The translations under genes and the position numbers were made by a program. The notes below the pieces were generated by a model that did no database searches, was not told the origin of the DNA, and saw only the letters and a program-made list of their open reading frames with translations. A stretch of 40,697 nucleotides of DNA from a virus: UHGV virus genome UHGV-1333064. One strand, written 5' to 3'. Each line of letters opens with the position of its first letter. Within the stretch, counting starts at the first letter, position 1. Shown piece after piece: positions 36,206 through 40,697 of the stretch.

Positions 36206-36231
36206 AGCCGCCACCTGAGCGGCTTTTTTCA
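36206..36231 (+). terminator. intrinsic terminator between the immunity region and the early-left operon
   Basis: AGCCGC-CACCTGA-GCGGCT followed by TTTTTT. Confidence 0.5.
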
Positions 36232-36362
36232 TACCTAAGAAACTTCGCAGAGGTTTCTAAGTTATGAGACGGCGGCCATCCACCGCCCATTGAAACACTG
36301 AATAAATGCGTTGAAGTCTTGTATTAACCGTTCCGTTCGCCGCGATAAGGCCAAGAGGATTT

Positions 36363-36572
36363 ATGAGTGATTTGGAGTTGGGCTTAAAGATATACGCATT
36401 ATGGTTTGTCGGGACGTTTCTGCTCGGCATAGCAATCAACTCGCTGACGAAAAAAGAACATCGCCAGCCAATTTCAAAACTAGCCATTGACCATGTACGC
36501 ATGTCTTCCGCAATAACCATTGTGGGCCTGATTGTGTGCGGTATGGTCTGGTTCTTATTCAAGGTGGTGTGA
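36363..36572 (+). CDS. small membrane protein (two predicted transmembrane helices), first gene of the early-left operon
   Basis: 69-aa ORF with hydrophobic segments IYALWFVGTFLLGIAI and ITIVGLIVCGMVWFLF. Confidence 0.45.
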   Translation: MSDLELGLKIYALWFVGTFLLGIAINSLTKKEHRQPISKLAIDHVRMSSAITIVGLIVCGMVWFLFKVV

Positions 36573-36573
36573 G

Positions 36574-36732
36574 ATGACAGTCACCCACAACGGCAAGCAG
36601 TACACCGACAAAAAGCTCAACGATAACGAGTGGCAGCTGACGTCGGTATCGGCACCGCGCGACAAGCTGACGCTGAACCGCCAACAGATGAATATCGCTG
36701 GCCTCCTGGAACAGGTTGAGGTGAAGGTATGA
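36574..36732 (+). CDS. small hypothetical protein (52 aa)
   Basis: Track ORF 36532..36732 trimmed to MTVTHNGKQY (ATG 36574-36576, 1 nt after the upstream stop). Confidence 0.35.
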   Translation: MTVTHNGKQYTDKKLNDNEWQLTSVSAPRDKLTLNRQQMNIAGLLEQVEVKV

Positions 36733-36869
36733 TCAATCATCACCTGCTGCGCGCCGCGCAGAGCAAAGCAGCCATTGCCCTGTTTATCGGTGATGGCGCC
36801 ATGTGGATGGCAGCCTACGACGAAATGAAGGTTGCCATCGGTTATCCGTGGCATAGAAAAACAGCCTAA
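36729..36869 (+). CDS. small hypothetical protein (46 aa), not in the supplied ORF track
   Basis: ATG 36729-36731 overlaps the upstream stop (ATGA); read by eye as MINHHLLRAAQSKAAIALFIGDGAMWMAAYDEMKVAIGYPWHRKTA. Confidence 0.3.
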   Translation: MINHHLLRAAQSKAAIALFIGDGAMWMAAYDEMKVAIGYPWHRKTA

Positions 36870-36939
36870 TTCCCCTATTCAACCGATCGGCCTGGCTAAA
36901 AGCGGGCGGGATCTGCACATCCAAATTTCAGGAGAAACC

Positions 36940-37911
36940 ATGAGCGAAGTAATGGACTTAACTGTCATCGAAATCACGCCGGAGCAGGCGCCAGCGCTTT
37001 ACGTAGCGGGCGGCCTTGACGCTTACCTCGAGCAAATCCGCCAGGCAGTAAACGAAGTGCCGGACCTGTCAACGAAGAAAGGCCGTGACCGTGTCGCCTC
37101 TCTGGCGGCGCAGGTGTCGCGCAGCAAGACGGCAATCGAAAAGCCGGGGCGTGAGTACCTGAAGCGCCTGAAAGAGGCTGTGCGCCCCGCTGAGGCGGAA
37201 ATTAAGCGTTTCGTTGATGCCTGCGACGAGCTACGTGATGCCACCCGCCGCCCACTCACCGAATGGGAAGCCGAGCAGGAGCGCATTAAGGCTGAAGAAG
37301 CCATGAACGCGTTGCACGCCGAAGCGCTGGAAATGAACATCAAGTTCGATCAGGAGTTGGCGGCCAAGTTCGAAGCAGACCACGAAATGGCTCTGCTGAT
37401 GAACAAGGATTTCGACCGTGACCGCGAAGAGCAGCGCCGCCAGGCGGAACAGGCTCAACGTGAGCATGAAGAGCGCATTAAGAGTGAAGCGGCAGAGCAA
37501 GCCCGACGCGATGCCGAAGCGAAGCACAAAGCAGAGATTGAAGCCGCAGCGCGCCGTGAAGCTGAAGAGAAAGCTCGCGCTGAACTGGCGGAGCGCCAGC
37601 GCATTGAAGCGGAACAGCGTGCGGCACGCGAGAAGCAGGAAGCAGAAGCCCGGGCAGAACGCGAAAAAGCCGCGGCAGTGGAAGCTGAGCGCCTGAAGGC
37701 AAAACAGGCCGAAGATGCTCGCCTGGCCGAAGAGAAGCGCCTCGCCGATGAACAGGCAAAGCGCGAAGCTGACGTGAAGCACCGCAAGACGGTCGGCACC
37801 AACATCGTTAACGCGCTCACCAGCCACACCAGCTTAACCCGCGAACAGGCTATCGAAGTGCTCACCGCACTTAAAGACGACCTAATCCCCTGCGCAAAAA
37901 TTCATTACTGA
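36940..37911 (+). CDS. highly charged coiled-coil protein (Ala/Glu/Arg/Lys-rich)
   Basis: Track ORF 36832..37911 trimmed to MSEVMDL (ATG 36940) with AGGAGAAACC upstream. A roughly 170-aa stretch is almost pure A/E/R/K/Q repeats (REAEEKARAELAERQRIEAEQRAAREKQEAEARAEREKAAA). Confidence 0.5.
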   Translation: MSEVMDLTVIEITPEQAPALYVAGGLDAYLEQIRQAVNEVPDLSTKKGRDRVASLAAQVSRSKTAIEKPGREYLKRLKEAVRPAEAEIKRFVDACDELRDATRRPLTEWEAEQERIKAEEAMNALHAEALEMNIKFDQELAAKFEADHEMALLMNKDFDRDREEQRRQAEQAQREHEERIKSEAAEQARRDAEAKHKAEIEAAARREAEEKARAELAERQRIEAEQRAAREKQEAEARAEREKAAAVEAERLKAKQAEDARLAEEKRLADEQAKREADVKHRKTVGTNIVNALTSHTSLTREQAIEVLTALKDDLIPCAKIHY

Positions 37912-37918
37912 GGCAACC

Positions 37919-38200
37919 ATGAACGCATACCTCACTTACGACCGCATCGAAGATCGGCGCTGGGTTGAGCAGCAGCTCACCGACGAGAAGGAGAAGTGGA
38001 TCGACGACCGGGCGAAAGAACTGATCGCCATGTTCCCGAAATATGCTTTGCAAATGAGTAGCCTGTTTCTCCCAAAAGAAGCGCAAATGGCACTAGTCGG
38101 TGAAAAGGCAGAGGAAGCCTATAACGACTATGTCACACGCATCTGTTACGACCGCGCCGAAGAAGAGTGGGATCGCCTTCATCCAACCTGCCCGTTTTAA
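37919..38200 (+). CDS. Gam-like host-nuclease inhibitor (tentative)
   Basis: 93-aa ORF immediately upstream of bet; N-terminus MNAYLTYDRIEDRRWVEQQL resembles the lambda GamS start ([22 protein letters not shown]). Confidence 0.5.
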   Translation: MNAYLTYDRIEDRRWVEQQLTDEKEKWIDDRAKELIAMFPKYALQMSSLFLPKEAQMALVGEKAEEAYNDYVTRICYDRAEEEWDRLHPTCPF

Positions 38201-38217
38201 CTTTGAGGGATTTAACA

Positions 38218-38964
38218 ATGAGTACTGCACTTTCCACCATGGCCGGGAAACTGGCCGCTCGCCTCGGCATGGATGCCGGTACAGACCTGATGAATACGCT
38301 GAAGAACACAGCATTTAAAGGTGGCAACGTCACGGACGAGCAATTTACAGCCCTGCTAATCGTCGCCAACCAGTACGGCCTGAACCCATGGACAAAAGAG
38401 ATTTATGCCTTCCCAGATAAAGGCGGGATTGTCCCGGTCGTCGGCGTTGATGGATGGGCTCGCATTATCAACGAGCATCCTCAGTTTGACGGCATGGAGT
38501 TCTCTTACGACAAGGAGGAAGGCGCGTGTACCTGCAAGATTTACCGCAAAGACCGTAAGCACCCGACCATCGTCACCGAGTACATGGGAGAGTGCAAACG
38601 CAACACTCAGCCATGGCAGTCCCACCCTACCCGCATGCTTCGCCACAAGACGCTGATCCAGTGCGCGCGTCTGGCCTTTGGTTTCGCTGGCATCTTCGAC
38701 CAGGATGAGGCAGAGCGAGTAATTGAAGGAACAACGGCAGAGGTTCATGCGGGCCATGAATCAGATAGCCGCCGCCCGGAACTGATCGCAAAAGGTGAGT
38801 CCGCCGCGCGCCTTGGAACCGTTAAGTATCAGGAGTTCTGGGTGGCGCTGAGCGCCGAAGAGAAACAGGTGATCGGCGCAGTTGAGAAACGACGCATGTA
38901 TGACATGAGTCTTGCTGTCGACAACGCCGAACCTGTCAATGTCGCAGAGACGGAGGCTGAATGA
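38218..38964 (+). CDS. bet: single-strand annealing protein, lambda Bet (Red-beta) family
   Basis: Track ORF trimmed to MSTALSTMAGKLAARLGMD; long stretches parallel lambda Bet (LLIVANQYGLNPWTKEIYAFPDK, GIVPVVGVDGW, QPWQSHPTRMLRHKTLIQCARLAFGFAGI). Confidence 0.9.
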   Translation: MSTALSTMAGKLAARLGMDAGTDLMNTLKNTAFKGGNVTDEQFTALLIVANQYGLNPWTKEIYAFPDKGGIVPVVGVDGWARIINEHPQFDGMEFSYDKEEGACTCKIYRKDRKHPTIVTEYMGECKRNTQPWQSHPTRMLRHKTLIQCARLAFGFAGIFDQDEAERVIEGTTAEVHAGHESDSRRPELIAKGESAARLGTVKYQEFWVALSAEEKQVIGAVEKRRMYDMSLAVDNAEPVNVAETEAE

Positions 38965-39578
38965 TAGAGCAACGCACCCCTGAATGGTTTGCTGCGCGCT
39001 GCGGCAAGGTCACAGCCAGTCGCCTGGCTGATGTCATGGCCCGGACTAAGTCGGGCTACTCCACCAGCCGCCAGAACTACATGGCCGAGCTGATTTGCCA
39101 ACGGCTAACCGGGAAGCTGGAGGAAGGGTTTTCGAATGCCGCGATGATGCGCGGCACTGAACTTGAGCCAGTGGCACGCGAAATGTACGCGCTGAATGAG
39201 TTCAATGCGGCAATCACTGAAGTTGGGCTCATCGATCACCCAACCATACCCGGATTCGCAGCCAGCCCGGACGGACTTGTCAACGACGACGGGCTTATCG
39301 AAATCAAATGCCCCAACACCTGGACCCATCTTGAAACGCTGAAAACTGGTGAGCCAAAGCGCCAGTACATGCTGCAAATGCATGCACAGATGATGTGCAC
39401 CGGGCGGAAATGGTGTGATTTCGTTAGTTTCGATGATCGCCTGCCGCCTGACCTCGCCTATTTCAAGAAGCGGATTCATTTCGATGAAGAGCTGGCGCGC
39501 GAAATCGAATCTGAGGTTAAGAGCTTCCTTGCAGATCTGGAATCGGAAATTCAGAAAATCACAGAGCGTGCAGCATGA
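38961..39578 (+). CDS. phage recombination exonuclease (YqaJ / lambda-exonuclease PD-(D/E)XK family)
   Basis: 205-aa ORF ATGA-coupled to bet; motifs TPEWFAARCGKVTASRLADVM and ASPDGLVNDDGLIEIKCP fit YqaJ-type exonucleases. Confidence 0.8.
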   Translation: MIEQRTPEWFAARCGKVTASRLADVMARTKSGYSTSRQNYMAELICQRLTGKLEEGFSNAAMMRGTELEPVAREMYALNEFNAAITEVGLIDHPTIPGFAASPDGLVNDDGLIEIKCPNTWTHLETLKTGEPKRQYMLQMHAQMMCTGRKWCDFVSFDDRLPPDLAYFKKRIHFDEELAREIESEVKSFLADLESEIQKITERAA

Positions 39579-40003
39579 AACGCACACCATTTTACCGCAG
39601 GCCAGGGCGCACCGGGCAATTCTCCGGCCTTCGTGAGCGCGTTATCTGGATGATTCAGACGCGCGGCCGCCCGGTAACCGGCAGCGAAATCGCTGAGAAG
39701 TTTGGCGTAACGCTCATCGAGTTTAACCGGGTAGCCAACGGTATTACCCGCGGCTCCGGACAGATAGCGCATATCGTTGAGTCGGAAAAGTGGATCAACG
39801 GGGACGGCATCTGCGACCGGACTTTCGACCTGGTCACGAAGCCGAAGGTTGTGACGCCGCAGGGCAAATCGCGCCTGTTCACCCGGCGCGCCATTGAGCA
39901 ATCGCAGGAAGGTAGACGGCAGGAGTGCATAGCCCGTGCCGCCCGCCGTAGCCGCCTGATTGCTCAGGGCCTCTACATCGACGAAATGGAGTCCATCCTA
40001 TGA
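39575..40003 (+). CDS. hypothetical protein
   Basis: 142-aa basic ORF, ATGA-coupled to the exonuclease gene. Confidence 0.45.
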   Translation: MKRTPFYRRPGRTGQFSGLRERVIWMIQTRGRPVTGSEIAEKFGVTLIEFNRVANGITRGSGQIAHIVESEKWINGDGICDRTFDLVTKPKVVTPQGKSRLFTRRAIEQSQEGRRQECIARAARRSRLIAQGLYIDEMESIL

Positions 40004-40158
40004 CTCACGCTCACGACGACATCAGGGTTGGCACACTGCGCCTTCCCTGGCTCAAAGAGAAAAACGGATGGTTGCTGCCGTGGGGTGATGTCGTTACCAA
40101 CCCACTGAAGGCGCAACGACTGGCTGAAGAACTTAACGAAAAGCAGGTGGCAGCATGA
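40000..40158 (+). CDS. small hypothetical protein (52 aa), not in the supplied ORF track
   Basis: ATG 40000-40002 overlaps the upstream stop and its TGA overlaps the methylase ATG (ATGA coupling at both ends). Confidence 0.3.
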   Translation: MTHAHDDIRVGTLRLPWLKEKNGWLLPWGDVVTNPLKAQRLAEELNEKQVAA

Positions 40159-40697
40159 ATTACGGATTTGTAAGTGTTTGCGTTGAGCAATTCAATGAAG
40201 CGGTTAAGCTGCCACCCGCACACAATCCAGCATCACGAATTTGGCAGCGCCCGTTCCTTAAATGGGCTGGCGGCAAATATTCGCTGCTGCCGGAACTGGA
40301 TCGCCTGATCCCCGCAGGGAAACGCCTTATTGAGCCTTTTGTGGGTGGCGGCTCGGTGTTCCTTAACTCAGACAAGCACGAACGCNNNNNNNNNNNNNNN
40401 NNNNNNNNNNNNNNNNNNNNNNATCAGATGCTGGCGGTGGTCCCCGACTCGGTGATCTATGAGGCAATGAAGGCATTCAGGCATCTGAATGATGCCGAAA
40501 ACTACACGGTAATTCGTGAAGCATTCAACGCGCAGCGGCTGGATGCGGTCGAGCGCGCAGCAGCGTTCCTTTACCTCAACCGGCACTGCTTCAACGGGCT
40601 GATCCGTTATAACCTGGACGGTTTTTTTAACGTCGGCTTTGGGAAATATAAAGCGCCATATTTCCCGGAAGAAGAGATCAGGGCATTTAAGCGGAAG
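40155..40697 (+). CDS. dam: DNA adenine methyltransferase, Dam family (interrupted by the N gap, 3' end outside the window)
   Basis: Read by eye: N-terminus ...RPFLKWAGGKYSLLPELDRLIPAGKRLIEPFVGGGSVFLN (KWAGGK and FxGxGS SAM motifs); after the gap FLYLNRHCFNGLIRYNLDGFFNVGFGKYKAPYFPEEE, closely parallel to E. coli Dam. Frame is continuous if the gap is truly 37 nt. Confidence 0.8.
   Translation, partial: MNYGFVSVCVEQFNEAVKLPPAHNPASRIWQRPFLKWAGGKYSLLPELDRLIPAGKRLIEPFVGGGSVFLNSDKHERXXXXXXXXXXXXXQMLAVVPDSVIYEAMKAFRHLNDAENYTVIREAFNAQRLDAVERAAAFLYLNRHCFNGLIRYNLDGFFNVGFGKYKAPYFPEEEIRAFKRK
40386..40422. other. run of 37 N (assembly gap or masked bases) inside the methylase gene
   Basis: Literal n characters in the sequence. 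Confidence 0.98.

Noticed and set aside
37231-37865. Several long minus-strand ORFs (198, 136 and 93 aa) inside the coiled-coil gene
   Set aside because: They are antisense to a GC-rich, repetitive A/E/R/K coding region; low-complexity Arg/Ser/Ala products with no RBS context. Treated as artefacts of the repeat composition.
40011-40586. Three minus-strand ORFs (70-72 aa), one including translated N residues
   Set aside because: Antisense to the Dam methylase gene and spanning the assembly gap.
1-40697. CRISPR array or integrase/attachment site
   Set aside because: No regularly spaced direct repeats of CRISPR type anywhere, and no tyrosine-integrase-like ORF in the window; the prophage ends are presumably outside it.

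Overview
This 40.7 kb window is almost entirely one lambdoid (temperate, mosaic) prophage or phage genome; integrase and attachment sites are not in view. All calls rest on reading the supplied ORF translations and the DNA by eye, with no database search run. From low to high coordinate: a serine DNA invertase next to an invertible tail-fibre segment (two 26-bp inverted crossover sites, alternative fibre C-termini and Tfa chaperones); a minus-strand contractile-tail and baseplate module (I, J, W, spike, hub, tape measure with a lytic transglycosylase domain, chaperone with a candidate -1 frameshift, tube, sheath); head genes (major capsid, protease/scaffold, head morphogenesis, portal, TerL, TerS); a lambda-type lysis cassette (S, R, Rz/Rz1); Q antiterminator; nin-like genes (RusA, DUF1364, NinB); a tightly coupled accessory operon; DnaB and an O-like initiator carrying iterons; the immunity region (Cro-like, CII/YdaT-like, CI-like repressor flanked by two clusters of three 17-bp operators); and a plus-strand early-left operon (Gam-like, Bet, exonuclease, Dam methylase cut by a 37-N gap). 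The two best candidates for undescribed biology are an AT-rich insertion inside the baseplate cluster (lipoprotein plus a convergent DUF4236 membrane protein) and a convergent small-gene pair in the position lambda uses for rexAB. Many gene starts are uncertain because several track ORFs begin at GTG/TTG.
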